This document shows, one piece after another, positions 27,840 through 42,625 of a stretch of DNA of 64,000 nt. The translations under genes and the position numbers were made by a program. The notes beneath the pieces were generated by a model, which did not search any database, was not told the origin of the DNA, and saw nothing but the letters and a program-made list of their open reading frames with translations. Each line of letters begins with the position of its first letter. Within the stretch, counting starts at the first letter, position 1. This DNA comes from Octopus sinensis. Lineage: Eukaryota. The stretch covers positions 43,586,001 to 43,650,000 of the forward strand of contig NC_043009.1 of NCBI RefSeq assembly GCF_006345805.1, written 5' to 3'.

Positions 27840-27969
27840 TTATTCTTTTATTCTTTTACTTGTTTCTGTCATTGGACTGTGGCCATGCTGGAGTATCACC
27901 TTTAGTCGAACAAATCGACCCCAGGACTTATTCTTTGTAAGCCTAAAACTATTCTAGCGGTCTCTTTTA

Positions 27970-27970
<1 letters not shown>
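27840..27970 (-). mobile_element. SINE type A 3' fragment
   Basis: ggccatgctggag..tttagtcgaacaaatcgaccccaggacttattc. Confidence 0.75.
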
Positions 27971-28017
<47 letters not shown>

Positions 28018-28047
28018 TATATATATAATATGTGACAATTATCGGTA

Positions 28048-28116
28048 GCCGTGATAAAACTCCGAGTTTCGGATGTCGGGTGGAAATCCACGCCGCCATC
28101 TCTTCAGTTATCCGGC
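28048..28116 (-). ncRNA. Type I hammerhead ribozyme motif in a short (TA)n-flanked repeat
   Basis: Minus strand reads GCCG-GATAA / CTGAAGA / GATG..CATC-C / GAAA / CTC-G-GAG / T-T / TTATC-A-CGGC: stem I 9 bp with one bulge, intact core, all three stems in the right order. Confidence 0.75.
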
Positions 28117-28253
28117 CATCGAAAAAATTACATTTACAGATAAATTCCTCTATTTACATAATATCGAGGTCTCTTTCATTCTTTTGTTGTCTTACCATTT
28201 CTATCAATATATATATTCGGTGTATGCAAATGAAGTAGTGTTAATGGAAAATA

Positions 28254-28322
<69 letters not shown>

Positions 28323-28460
28323 AGAATATATACTGTATATACATCATTGACAGCCAAAGCGGAGAGGTTTTCGTCGGGGACAAAATCTTGTATAGACGTG
28401 ATATATTTGAAAAATAGAATTTATACGAGAGAAAGAGACAGGTCGACAGATGTATATATC

Positions 28461-28640
28461 GGTGGCAGAATCTTCAAAGCGTCGGGAAAAAGTGCTTTGT
28501 GCTTTTCGTTCCGGCTCTTTACGTCCTGTGTTCAAATCCCGCTGAGGTCAACTTCGCCTTTCATTCCCACCACAATCGATAAAACAAAGTACCAGTCAAG
28601 TACTTTGGACGACAGAATCGACAAACACCCATTTTCCCAT
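28461..28640 (+). mobile_element. SINE type B, diverged
   Basis: ggtggcagaatc...gttcaaatcccgctgaggtcaacttcgcctttcat...gtaccagt. Confidence 0.65.
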
Positions 28641-28680
28641 CGAAAACATTGTTGTTAGCCCTATCCCTAAATCAGAAACA

Positions 28681-28711
<31 letters not shown>

Positions 28712-28910
28712 CCACCACTTCCACCAGCACTATCATCAACACCATGATCATTAAAAGACTTGTCATCATTGTTATTAACACTATCTCTTGCTGTTAACGT
28801 TATATAGTCCTCATTAATACTGGTATTCTTCATTATCATTCATCGATCGATCGATCGATTTCTCGAAGTTACTGGTTTCTCGACGTCACTGTCACCACTG
28901 CCCCGCTCCC

Positions 28911-28941
<31 letters not shown>

Positions 28942-30172
28942 CAACAATTAATAATGATTCATTTCTTTTCCGCGTGCGCTATGATATTAAGGCTAAAATG
29001 TGAGGAACAGTTTTGGTTGAGTTTCCCCATGACGAGGGCGATGATGATGATGAAGAATACGACGACGATAATGAAATGAGAAGAAGATGATGATGATGAT
29101 GATGATGAAAAATGTCAATTAAAAAAGACCTGATCGTCCACTTAAAAAAAATGTAAAAACTAACAGCTTCATAGATTTTCTTTTTACTTCTTTTGATAAC
29201 AATAATAATTCATTTTAATCATTATTATTATTATTATTATTATTATTTAATAAATTTTATTTACTTATTACGTCACACTGGAATATACTCAGTGAATTTC
29301 AAGCAAGTGTACACCCACACGCTTGTCTTACCTACCTACATATCCAATCCAATCAAATGATTCGGCCTTGTGTCAAGTGAAAAAGAAATCGCCATTATCT
29401 TAATCATTATCATCATTTTGTAAATATTATATTATAGTATTACATTATATCATTATATTATATTATATTATATTATATTGTTATTTCATTGTAAATGGCC
29501 GCCATCAATGCCGAAAGAGAACCAGATGCAAGACGGTAATTATTATCTCTTATGTAATAGCATTAACAGTGGAGATGTTTCTTCAATAAAAAAAAGTAAT
29601 GTAAAAAAAAGGGAAACGAGATGAGACGAATCGAAAATGAAATAAACTAGGCGAAACGAAACGTAACTTAACGAAACGAAACGTTATTGTTTATTCCCCC
29701 AAATCAGCACTGATTAAATAGAACTATGGTGAAAGGCGTTCCACTTGTAATCACCATGAATTATTTTCTGACAAAACATATCTAGGATTACATCATTCAA
29801 TCTGTCTTTTCTCTAGGTTATTTTATGATTTTAAGTAAGATTTAGCTGTTATTTCTAAACACTACGCTGTTAGCTTGAAGCATAAGTTACAAGGTACGTT
29901 TAAAAAAAAAAATTTTTTAAGGTATGTATAAAAATATTTCTCCCAAAAGGGCACGAAATATCTCAAGATTGCAGCCATTCTATCTTCCATCAATCATGGT
30001 GGACAATGGATTGCCTGGCAGGGAATAATCATAGAACGGTCTTTAAAAGAGAGAAAAAAAAAAAAAAGACAGAATCCGGTGAAGAGAACAGAAATTCGTC
30101 GCAAAAATTGAGATTTGTTAAACGAGGAAATAATGCGGCTACAGACTGAGATTTGACAGAAGATGGAGAGAA

Positions 30173-30215
<43 letters not shown>

Positions 30216-31113
30216 GAGTGAGAGAGCAGTTCATGCCATCAAAGTGACACTGGGGTAAAATATACGAAGCCCAGTATACCCATCATGACTACCCGTCTGA
30301 TAAAGGTACACCAGGCACATGCATCACAACCATATGTGCGCGACATGGTGATCTCATATCAAGATAAACACACATGACCTTGCAGGTGGGGCCCAGTTAG
30401 AATTTTCTTCAAGATCGAGTAGCCCATCCCGCTCAAAAGGTCCGAATAAGTTGTTTAAGGACGTTGAAAGAACCACCCCCATGTTTCCCGAGGTGAATTA
30501 TTCAAATCAAACCCCAAAGAATCCCTCTCAACTCATGGCTATGATGCTCCCCCACTACTTTGCTCGTGATCAGAGATGCACATCTCTTCAGCCACCAAGG
30601 GACATGCTCAACTGGTTCAGGTCAACAACTGACTATTATTATTATTATTATCATTATTATTCTTATTATATTATTATTATTATTATTATTATTATTGAGT
30701 GAGAGAGCAGTTCATGCCATCAAAGTGACACTGGGGTAAAATATACGAAGCCCAGTATACCCATCATGACTACCCGTCTGATAAAGGTACACCAGGCACA
30801 TGCATCACAACCATATGTGCGCGACATGGTGATCTCATATCAAGATAAACAGCACATGACCTTGCAGGTGGGGCCCAGTTAGAATTTTCTTCAGATCGAG
30901 TAGCCCATCCCGCTCAAAAGGTCCCTGAATAAGTGTTGTTTAAGGACGTTGAAAGAACCACCCATGTTTCCAGAGGTGAATTATTCAAACCCCAAAGAAT
31001 CCCTCTCAACACATGGCTATGATGCTCCCCCACTACTTCTGCTCGTGATCAGAGATGCACATATCGTCAGCCACCAAGGGACATGCTCAACTGGTTAAGG
31101 TCAAACAACTGAC
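30216..31113. repeat. Two head-to-tail copies of a ~418-bp element separated and flanked by (TAT)n
   Basis: 30216-30633 and 30697-31113, period 481, near identical. Confidence 0.95.
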
Positions 31114-31130
31114 TATTATTATTATTATTA

Positions 31131-31174
<44 letters not shown>

Positions 31175-31179
31175 GAAGC

Positions 31180-31515
31180 GGCGAGCTGGTAGAAGGAATC
31201 GTGGCTTAGTTGTTAGGGCATTCAGTTCGCGATCGTAAGTTCGTGAGTTCAATTCCGGGCGAGGCGTTGTGCCCTTCAGCAAGACTCTTTAATTCACGTT
31301 ACTCCAATTCACTCAGCTGGCAAAAATGAGTAGTACCTGTATTTCAAAGGGTCATCCTTGCCGCACTCTGTGCCACGCCGAATCTCCCTGAAAACTACAT
31401 TAAGGGTACACGTGTCTGTGGAGTGCTCAGCCACTTGCACGTTAATTTCACGAGCAAGCTGTTGTGTGGATCGTATCAGCTGGGACCCACGTCGTCGTAA
31501 CCGACGGAGTGCTCC
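31180..31515 (+). mobile_element. CORE-type SINE (type D), preceded by a type B head fragment
   Basis: gtggcttagttgttaggg...cccttcagcaagactctt...gtcgtcgtaaccgacggagtgct. Confidence 0.8.
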
Positions 31516-32237
31516 TTTTTTTTTATAGGGCGACTTTTAAGCTAGCTCCTGTGAAGGGCCCTTCATTAGGTCTTGGGCCCAACAAAGTCACTTCATGCAT
31601 TGAGTATATATTAGATTTTATTAAACTTGGCCAATATTTTTCAAGCAACGAAGTTTTCATCAAAACAATGATATAATTTGTCGACTTGGAACTTATTGCA
31701 AAACTGCATGATAAACAACAGTACCACTACCATCGCCACCACATCTGCCATGCACTCTTCATTCAGACTTTCGACGCCACCACCATCAATATCTTTGATT
31801 TTGCCGCCTTCTCCTCCACCACCATCGCCATTGTCTTTCGCATCGCTTACTCTCACAGTCATACCTGACGCCTCGGCTACCACTACCACCACCATCATCA
31901 TCACCGCCGCCTCCACCTCTATCACAACTACAGCTCTCGCTCGGTATTCAGTCCCCCTTTCTCTCACATACCCACTCTTTCTCTCTCTCTCTTATTATTA
32001 CTTTCACTGCCACCATCAAAACTACTACTTTTAATAAAACATCAACTCTCCCTAAATTTCTTTGTCTCTCTTTCTCTCCCTCTCTCTCTCTCTGTGTCTT
32101 CACCACCACCTTCACCGTCTCTATGCCTACTATCACTCTCACCCCTACATGAGCAATAGTAGAAGTTTCATTGAATAACGAGAGAGGGAGTCAAAGTGTG
32201 ACACACTGAAACACAGAAATTAGTTTTCGCATTTATG

Positions 32238-32271
<34 letters not shown>

Positions 32272-32527
32272 GAATTCTTATAACGAAATTACAAAGGAAT
32301 AATTAGCAATATATATATATTATAATTGGTATAAAGTAATGAATAACTCTTGTACTGGAGCAATCATATAATTAACAATAGCAGTACATTAGTTAGGGAA
32401 GTAATTAACTAATAGTAATTAGAAAGAAGACTATAAAGGGCTAATATGATAAATGTAAATGAAGTACATTGTCTAATTTGATTAATAGAAACTTTCTATT
32501 ATATATGAATGTTTGTGTGTGTGTGCG

Positions 32528-32561
<34 letters not shown>

Positions 32562-32679
32562 TCATTCATACATATATGCACACACATGCAAATATACAAA
32601 TATATATATATATATATACACATACATACATACATACACACGTACATAAACACGCACACATATAAACCTTACATACTTA

Positions 32680-32714
<35 letters not shown>

Positions 32715-32715
32715 G

Positions 32716-32773
<58 letters not shown>

Positions 32774-32916
32774 GTGAGTGTGTGTGTGCATGTAAGTATA
32801 AACAAGAGCACATACATAAACAGGAAAAGCACCATTACATATGTACTCATATATGTATATGAACACACACATACACACACACACACATTTATATATGTAT
32901 ATCTATACACACACAC

Positions 32917-32959
<43 letters not shown>

Positions 32960-34186
32960 TATATAATATTGTCCTGTTTCAGTTACCACTTTAACCCTCC
33001 GCGAAAAAATCCCAAATTTTATCTAATTTGCTTTGCAGGGAGGACTGTTTTAACTAAGTCGCATCGTATCCCTACCTTCGAAACGCAGAGTCGATAAAAC
33101 AGGGGACAACTGATGAAGATAATGTTCTTTATGTTGCCTGTCTCGATTCTCTATTTGTTTCTTTCTTTCTTCGAAAAAAAGTTCGTTTTCTATGCTTTTG
33201 CTTTTATGTTCTCGTTTCTCATTTTGTTCACGTTTTTTTGGACGTCCTGTACCCATATATGCATGTATATATACATATATATGTAGGCACGAGCATGTAT
33301 GCGCATATATATATACATACATACATACACAGACGTATATAAAGTAGGGAGTGATGCATTTTAATGACTGTATAGCGCTTATATAGATTTATCCAAGTTT
33401 CAATAGCTTTCTCAGTTTGAAATATAAGGCATATTAAGAACTTGCTGCATGTCCAAGAATGGCGAGGTGCCAGAGGTTCAAAATATGAGACGAATAGGGG
33501 ACTAGAAGCTAGAATGGTGATCATGTCCAAATTTAGCCGGTAATGAAGTGAAGACACATACGGTATTTCATAAGTGCACACACGCATATATTTATATAAG
33601 TATGTATATATATATATATATACGTGTGTGTGAGTGCTGGCGCGATATATACATACCATACACACATATGTACACGACATTCTTATATATACTTGATGCT
33701 AACATGTTGATATATATATATTACATGCATGCACGTGTACACACATATATGGTATAATTAAATATTGATAAATTTATATATGATGTGATATCTAAATATA
33801 TATGATGCTATAGAAAACACAGTCACACGGATATAAGATGCAGTATATTATACACACATATGTAGTCATATATATATATATATATATACATATATGTATA
33901 TATGTATATATACATATATATATATACATACATACATATATACATACAAACATATATATATGTATATATACATATATATATACATACATATATACATACG
34001 TACATACACACGCATGTGTGAGTGTGTGCATAGATGCATGTGTGCTTAGATATTCGTTTACATTCAATAGTTGAATCTATATACATGCATCACATACATA
34101 CATACATAGATATATACATGCATACATAGATACATATATACATACATGCATGCATACATACATACATACATGCATACATGCATGCA

Positions 34187-34220
<34 letters not shown>

Positions 34221-34887
34221 CATACATACATACATACATATATATTTATATACATAGACACACACATACACACACATGTTACACTCCATATTCTCTTCGA
34301 CATTCATCTTTGGTTCACCTGTAAAACCTATAAAACTATATAGACACACGCACAGCAAGTTGGGGAAAGAACAAGGAGGATTAATAACAGGTAAATCTTT
34401 GCTGCAGGTGTGTAAAAATTTTCTCCATGAAACATGCATCAATTAAAACTACAAGTCAGAGTGAGATAAAAAAATAATATATCGCATGACATGCATAGTT
34501 ATGGCACGCGTTCGCGTATCATTTAGAGAATCTATAATTGACGATATTTTCTGATCTATATCAGAGGAAAACATTAATATCATGTTTTCTGATGATTTAT
34601 AGGAGAAAACGAAATATGAAAAAATAGCTCGTTTTTTTTTTTTTTATACATTTGAAGGTGTAGAATGCAATGTTGCTTTTCTCATTTCACCCACACTCTC
34701 TCTCTCTGTAGATATATAAGTGTACGAAAAATGTATGTATGTTTAAATATATATGTGTGTATATATGTATGTATGTATAAGTGTGTGTATATGTATGTCA
34801 CATTCTCATGCCATATATATTTCTATACATCAAATTACATAAAAACGTTAAACAAACGCACATGTATAGGTAAGTTACATCTCTCCC

Positions 34888-34919
<32 letters not shown>

Positions 34920-34949
34920 CTGGTTGTATGTGTGTACATACAATTAGAT

Positions 34950-35111
34950 ATATAATATAATATATATATATATATTATATATATAGATATACATATATAA
35001 TAATATAAATATAAATAATATATATATTACATATAATATATATATAGATACAAATTATATATTATATATATATATATATATATACAATATATTATATATA
35101 TATATTACATA

Positions 35112-35151
<40 letters not shown>

Positions 35152-35348
35152 GAGATATACATTATAAATATATATATATACATATATATACAATACATAT
35201 ATATACATATAAATATATATATATATACTATATATATTATACATATAAATATATAGACATATACATATATATATAATTACAATACATATATATATATACA
35301 CATATACAAATATATATATCACATATACATATATATATACATATATAC

Positions 35349-35421
<73 letters not shown>

Positions 35422-35432
35422 TAATATATATA

Positions 35433-35477
<45 letters not shown>

Positions 35478-35510
35478 ATATATATATTTATATAATAATA
35501 TATTATTACA
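34950..35510. repeat. Long imperfect (TA)n tract, one of many
   Basis: Direct reading; similar tracts at 33840-34270, 42330-42730, 59270-59870. Confidence 0.95.
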
Positions 35511-35670
35511 CATACAAGTACACTTTGAAGTCGCTTAGAATACAATTACATAACGGATCATATTCCCGAATGCCCAATATGTTAATCCTATCCTATATAT
35601 ATAATATATATATACATATATATGTATGTATATGTATGATATATATATATATAGTATATATATATATAAT

Positions 35671-35707
<37 letters not shown>

Positions 35708-36255
35708 TGTGTAAGAGAGAGAGACACACTCACACATAGAGTAATACATACAAATACATCTACATTGCGATATTATTTGGTATTCGTTCACAAATCTGCG
35801 ACAGTCATCTGCTGGTTACCCTTTCGTCCAGTTCACAACACACACACACACACACACACCACACACACCACACACACACACACACACACCACACACACAC
35901 AAAAATCATAAAGGATTTATATTTAATAACATTGTAATATCACTATTACAAAGATATTATTATATTTACTTATGTTTTTTTGATTTCACGCAATAGATAT
36001 CATTAATACAGGAGAGAAACAATTAAAGAAAGCGTTATTGATATCATTAATATGTGATATGATTTCTTCACAAATGTCACGGACACCATATTGAGAAAAT
36101 AATACCAGCGCTATTTGAACACTTCTATTTTTTCTTGTTTTCAGTTAAGCAACGGTTTATGTCACAGGGTACACAAAAACATACAAGGATATGAGCGTGT
36201 GTATACGGGTGTGTGTGTGAGTATACATATATATGTGTATATATATAAATATATA

Positions 36256-36288
<33 letters not shown>

Positions 36289-36495
36289 GAATGCATGTTT
36301 CGTTAGGCGTTTGTATTGATTCCCAATGTAAAGAACTCCCGTGTAACATTGTTGATATGCTAAATTGATTATTCGCAGCATGGTCAAAGTGTCTCGACTC
36401 TCGTTTCTTCTTCGCTGAAATGTGAGTCGAGACATATGACCGACCATGCCGTCCGAAACAAAAGAAAAAAAAAGAACAAAAAAAAAACAAACGTA

Positions 36496-36738
36496 GAGGC
36501 GCAATGGCCTAGTGGTTAGGGCAGCGGACTCGCGGTCGCAGGATCGCGGTTTCGATTCTCAGACTGGGCGTTGTGTGTGTTTATTGAGCGAAAACACCTA
36601 AAAGCTCTACGAGGCTCCGGCAGGGGGTGGTGATCCCTGCTGTACTCTTTCACCACAATGGCGGTGCCCCAGCATGGCCACAGCTCAAGAGCTGAAACTG
36701 GAAGAACAAAAAACAAAAACAAACAAACAAACAAACAA
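36496..36738 (+). mobile_element. SINE type C head joined to type A tail, (AAAC)n end
   Basis: Type C head followed by ggcggtgccccagcatggccacagc. Confidence 0.8.
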
Positions 36739-37058
36739 AGCTGAGTGCGCGCGCGTGAGCAAAAATGCTGATCGTTAATTCACACGTAGGTTGTGTTTTA
36801 TTTATTAATTATTTATATATTTATTTATTTTTGCTGTCTTTAAATTCGTTTGCCACATGAACAAATGGGAAAGTTTCGAAAAGTTTCTCGCTTCGGGCCA
36901 ACAGACGACATATCGAGGATCCCTGTAACATCCCACCGAAGAGTCATGACGCAGGACGCCAACTTTCTCCCTTTCTCCATAGCAACCGAAGTTATTGGTC
37001 TCCCAACAAACAAACTCACTGCGGGGAAACAAGAGTTGAAACATCTGGCCATGTTGTA

Positions 37059-37454
37059 ATTCTTTCACTTGTGTCAGCCATTTGATTGCGGCCGTGCTGG
37101 AGCACCGCCTTAAAAGGTGTTAGTCGAAGAAATCGACCCCCAGGTCTTATTCTTTGTAAGCCTTGTACTTATTCTATAGGACTCTTTTGCTGAACCGCTA
37201 CACTACGAGGACATAAACCCACCAGCATCGGTTGTCAAGCGATGGCAGGGAGACACAGACACACACAAATATATATATATATATATATATTACTACAGGC
37301 TTCTTTCAGTTTCCGTCTACCAAAGCAGACTCACAAGGCTTTGGTTGGCCCGAAGCTATAATAGAAGAGAAAAGAAAATTGCTCAAGGTGCCACACAGTG
37401 GGACAGAACCCAGAACCGTGTCGTTGGGAAGCAAGCTTCTTACCACACAGCCAC
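37059..37454 (-). mobile_element. SINE type A, near full length
   Basis: TGGCTGTGTGG A box, GGTTCTGTCC B box, CACCTTGAGCAA CORE-like block, short internal (TA)n, standard tail. Confidence 0.85.
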
Positions 37455-38487
37455 AACGAATATATCTAACACTGTATTATTTTAATTACAAATTACTACG
37501 AACATTCGATCAAAATTCTTTGTGTATGTGTGTGTATGTGTGCATGTGTGTGTGTGTGTGTGCATGTGTGTGTGTGTGTATGTGTGTGCGTGGACCCTCC
37601 CCCACACAACAAATAAACCATTATTATGCTTCGTTTCAATCGTCTTCATTACTCTGTTGTTAACCAACTCTCATCCAGATTGTCGAGTCTCTGTTTGATG
37701 TTAAATTAGAACTGATGTAATATATTATTCCCAGATGGTTATATCTTTTAACTCTCTTTTGTTCTCCGCACCGATTGCAAGTCACCTGGCAAAGACTTCA
37801 TCGCTGACGACATCACACGCGCACACAGGTATCACACACTACCTGCGTAGTTGCTAACTTAGGTAGGCTTTGAGATAAGATACACATGTAGGTACACGCA
37901 GGTAGACAGACAGGTATACAGATAACGGGAGAGGTTTGCTGTTCTACTTCTGCCCGGTCAGGTCTCGGGGTACAAGATGTAGGTAAGGTGGGTAGACAGG
38001 TAGGGCAGATAAGGGACGTTTAATTAACCACCAGGTATCATTGTTTACATAATGTAAACACCACGAAAACATAACGGCAGTAACAAAAGAGGAACAATAA
38101 ATAAACAAGTAAATAAATAAATGAATGGAAAAATAGGGTATTCATCACCACCACCACCCTCATCATCATTACCACCATTACTTTCACAATCACCCCCACC
38201 TCCACCACCACAATATAATAACAAGCAAGACGTCTGTTGATAGAGATATTTTTCTTTGACTTTCTTCAAGTATTTTCATAATGATTAGTAGAATGGTAAG
38301 TACCATATTTATTTTGCAATGGCACCGTTGTTGTTGTACCAAGAGTGACATCTACCCCACCGCGCCTGTCCTCCATCCCACCCCCCACTTTGACTAATAA
38401 TTCTAACTTCCTCTCGCTCTCTCTCTTTCTCTTGTAGTGATGTTGTTGAAAGCCAAGTGTGTGTTTGATGAAAAGATAGATAGATAA

Positions 38488-38580
<93 letters not shown>

Positions 38581-39056
38581 AGTGTAGGAAAGACAAAGAG
38601 AGAGAGAGAGAGAGGGGTGGGATGGATAAGACGAATGAAAGTGAGAAGCAAATAGAAGAGGAGAGAAGAAAAGGAGGGAGAGAAAGAGAAGGAAATTAAG
38701 GGAACGGAGAGCGCAGTTGTGAAAGAGAGGAGCAGATCGAATAAACAACAGGTAGAAATAAAATCGGAGATAGAGATAGAGAGAGTGGGAGGGGAGAGAC
38801 AGGTGAGCATTCATTATCAACACATATCTTCTCCCTGAAGGTTTCCAATAAGTTTGGTTTCAGCCCCTATTCCTTTTGCTATTTCACACACGAATGTTTG
38901 CGTGTGGTGTGTGTGAATGAATCTACAACTCTGCTCCAGTTTCACACTTCTAGTATAGATAATGGCTTTATATATTCTCTCTGGAGTCCTTCTGTTTTTG
39001 TTAAGAAAGTATCCATCCATCCATTCAGCCCATCCATCCATCCATCTATCTATCTG

Positions 39057-39140
<84 letters not shown>

Positions 39141-39363
39141 ATTTCTCAATATATATACACTCACAGACACAGATACACACACACACATATAAGTAAATTT
39201 GCGCATCATTTTAGAAGCTCCGTTGAAGCTATAAGGTGATGTACAAACATTGAACATTATGCAATATACCTTATAGCAGAAACAACTATAAGCTAATGAA
39301 GTTGATTACACAATGTCCTGTTTCCTTGTCATTTATTCAATTCCATATATACATACATACAAA

Positions 39364-39452
39364 CAGACACTAATCCTTCTACTATCGCGGATGTTACGTT
39401 CCAAAAGTCCCCGCGATTGGTGAAAATCCGCGAAGTAGAAACAGTACTGTAC
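39364..39452. mobile_element. Short Tigger/pogo-like MITE relic
   Basis: ctactatcgcgg ... ccgcgaagtag inverted ends, terminal tactgta, internal rc GGAACGTAACATCCGCG. Confidence 0.45.
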
Positions 39453-39457
39453 TGTAT

Positions 39458-39525
<68 letters not shown>

Positions 39526-39867
39526 CACACACATACTTTCCAATGGCCCTAGCCTTCTGTTTCTCGCAAACTGGGTATCTTCATCTCAGAAGTTCCTCTC
39601 AAAGACGGAATGTTTACACAATATTTCTTCTGAAAGAGACCAACTTTTGCCCTTACAAGCAGACTTGCCCTCTCTTCTGCCCTGCTATTGTCTCAGGGCG
39701 AAGTAAGTATCGGCAAAGCCTGGCACCACCGTTATTTCATACATCGCCAACCATAAGATAGATAGAGAACACCGGGACAGCCAGCGCAAGGCATTTCACC
39801 CGTTGCTCTCACAGTTCAGAATTGAAGTGCGCAGCTTAACGTGAACAGTGTACGGCCTGATACTGTA

Positions 39868-40200
39868 AGTGAAGTTACCTTCTCGAGTCATACTCACTCA
39901 TAAAGGCCGGCTTACCGGTTTCAATGGCGTATATATTCCCTCCCCCATCCTGAACGGGACGCCGGTCCGTTTCAGGATTACTCATTCTTACCAGCAATGG
40001 GAGATGAAGGGTTTTGCTCAAGAACACAACACGTCCCCGGTCCTGGAATCGAAGCCACAAGCTTACGACCTTAACCACTGAGCCACGCACCTCCACTGTG
40101 AGCTGGTAGGAAGAATCGTAAGCACGCTGGACAAAATGCTAAGCGTCACTTTGCTTATCTCTACGTTCTAAGTTCAAATTCCAATAAGGGTAAATCGGGA
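39868..40200. mobile_element. Type D SINE (minus, 39868-40096) abutting a type B head (plus, from 40098)
   Basis: ttttgctcaagaacacaac is the reverse CORE; gagctggtaggaagaatcg...gttctaagttcaaattcc follows directly. Confidence 0.7.
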
Positions 40201-40355
40201 TAAAATCCCGGATTACTCTTGTCACCCGCAGGGTAGGGACAGTGTCCTCTTCCAGCTTCTTTCCTCCTGCTTAGAAAAGTATATTCAGAGTAGATCCATT
40301 TAGTCTCACCAGTCTTGCCACACTCCTCATAATCATAATAATAATAATAATAATG

Positions 40356-40418
<63 letters not shown>

Positions 40419-40585
40419 TACTGTTGCTGCTCATGTATTTTAATTTAACTTAAAAAAAAAAAAATGAACGAACTATTAAGTTTGGTTTAATGGCCTACCA
40501 ATGTATACTATGAGTTTCTTTGCCCTAGGAGTCGGGAAGACACTCGGCAAGAAATGGAAGCAAATTTGAAAAAAGAAAAAAAAAA

Positions 40586-40645
<60 letters not shown>

Positions 40646-40969
40646 GTAGTAGTAGTATTAATAATTTGCTATTTTGTTTTGTAAGAATTTTAATAACGGA
40701 AAGAGCGATGAAAGAACTCCCAGTAAGGAATTGAAAATAATAATAAAACTAATAATAATAATAATAGCAACTGCAACAACAACAACAACAACAATAATAA
40801 TAATAAAATTACAATTATTGTAATAAAAAAAACTAAAATATCTTTTAAATTGATAATATAAAAAAAAGGTGTGTGTGGGGGGAGAATATTAAGGGAGAAA
40901 TAATAGCTGTGGGATTTACTGTAATAATGATAATGATGACGATGATGATGATGATAATGATTATTATTA

Positions 40970-41005
<36 letters not shown>

Positions 41006-41090
41006 CATCTTCATTATTAGACATAAGGTCCCATTGTACGAGTCTTTCTTTTGAGATTTTGTATTATATTTTTTATTTCGAATTTGAAAT

Positions 41091-41125
<35 letters not shown>

Positions 41126-41622
41126 TTCATTTCTTAATCATTTGATTCCTAGGCATGAAACACCTGACTTTTATTTTTTTTTTTTAGGGGGTAGAAAAGA
41201 AGAAAAAAAAATGGCACTACTACTACTACTACTATTACTACTAACAATAATGACAATGCAAAAATGAAAAAAAAAAAGGGTGTGGGGTGGGGGATTATCA
41301 CAGGGAATAACAATTGTTGAGAGAGAATAAAAAGAATTGCTATATATTATTGTGTTATTATTGTTATTTTGTTGTTTTTTTTTGCCTTTTTTTTTAAAGT
41401 ATAAAATATTTTTTTTCCCCATCGAAAATATAATAATAATAATAATAATAAATTAATTTCTCTCTTTTCCTATGATTTTCTTTTTGAGGGAGCTGAATAC
41501 CTTTGCATTCAAACGCTGACACACACACACACACACACGAATCCCTTTATCATCTTCGTGACGATAATGATGATGACGATTATTATTATCATCATTATGA
41601 TTATTATTGTCGTTGTTCTTAC

Positions 41623-41653
<31 letters not shown>

Positions 41654-41703
41654 TATGATACTATAACTGTTTCAAAGAACTCTTTTGTTAAAAAAAACCA
41701 AGG

Positions 41704-41756
<53 letters not shown>

Positions 41757-42157
41757 GGAGAGAGTTTCCTTTATAAAGTAAATGTTTAGAGAACATACCA
41801 CAGAATTTAATGAAGAATAAAAAAGAAAATTAAATTAAATACATAAGAGGCAAAAAAAAGAACCCCAACACACCATAAAGATATAAAGGGATGTGGTGGT
41901 GGTGGTGGTGGTGGTGGAGGGATGGTGCAGGAGAAGGGAGTGGGTGTAAGTTATTCTGTTTAACGAAAGCCAAGAGAAGAAAAATCCCTTGTATTTTTTT
42001 TTTTAAGGAAAAGCAAAAAATAAAAAAAAATGTCTTTTTTTAAAAACTAGACATCAGGGCGGGAAGATTGATAGGGGAAAAGTAGGGGTTACGATCAGTA
42101 TTGAGAATGGAAAAGTGAATTAAAGATGTGTGAGCATGTGTTGGTCTCCCTCTTTCA

Positions 42158-42217
<60 letters not shown>

Positions 42218-42322
42218 TATATCATATATAACTAGAGAGAGAGAGAGAGAGAGCAAAAAAGTGTATTGACAACATTTCTATACGTGATTATATAAATGCA
42301 TATATATAAACCATACGTGTAT

Positions 42323-42363
<41 letters not shown>

Positions 42364-42375
42364 TGTATATATTTA

Positions 42376-42470
<95 letters not shown>

Positions 42471-42590
42471 TATTTATGTATATATAATATATGTGTGTGT
42501 GTATATATATATTTATGTATATATATATATATTGTGTGTATGTGTGTGTGTATCTATATATACATATATGTACATACGTACATATATATG

Positions 42591-42625
<35 letters not shown>

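Noticed and set aside
33045-33120. GAAAC-GCAGA-GTC, an 8-bp CTGTTTTA/TAAAACAG stem and a nearby CTGATGA
   Set aside because: The pieces do not assemble into a valid hammerhead: the type I core position reads CTAAGTC and the type II layout lacks stem I.
36840-37060. Short ORFs and an RFX-like GTTGCTATGG beside CCAAT
   Set aside because: No protein similarity recognised; the X-box second half does not match.
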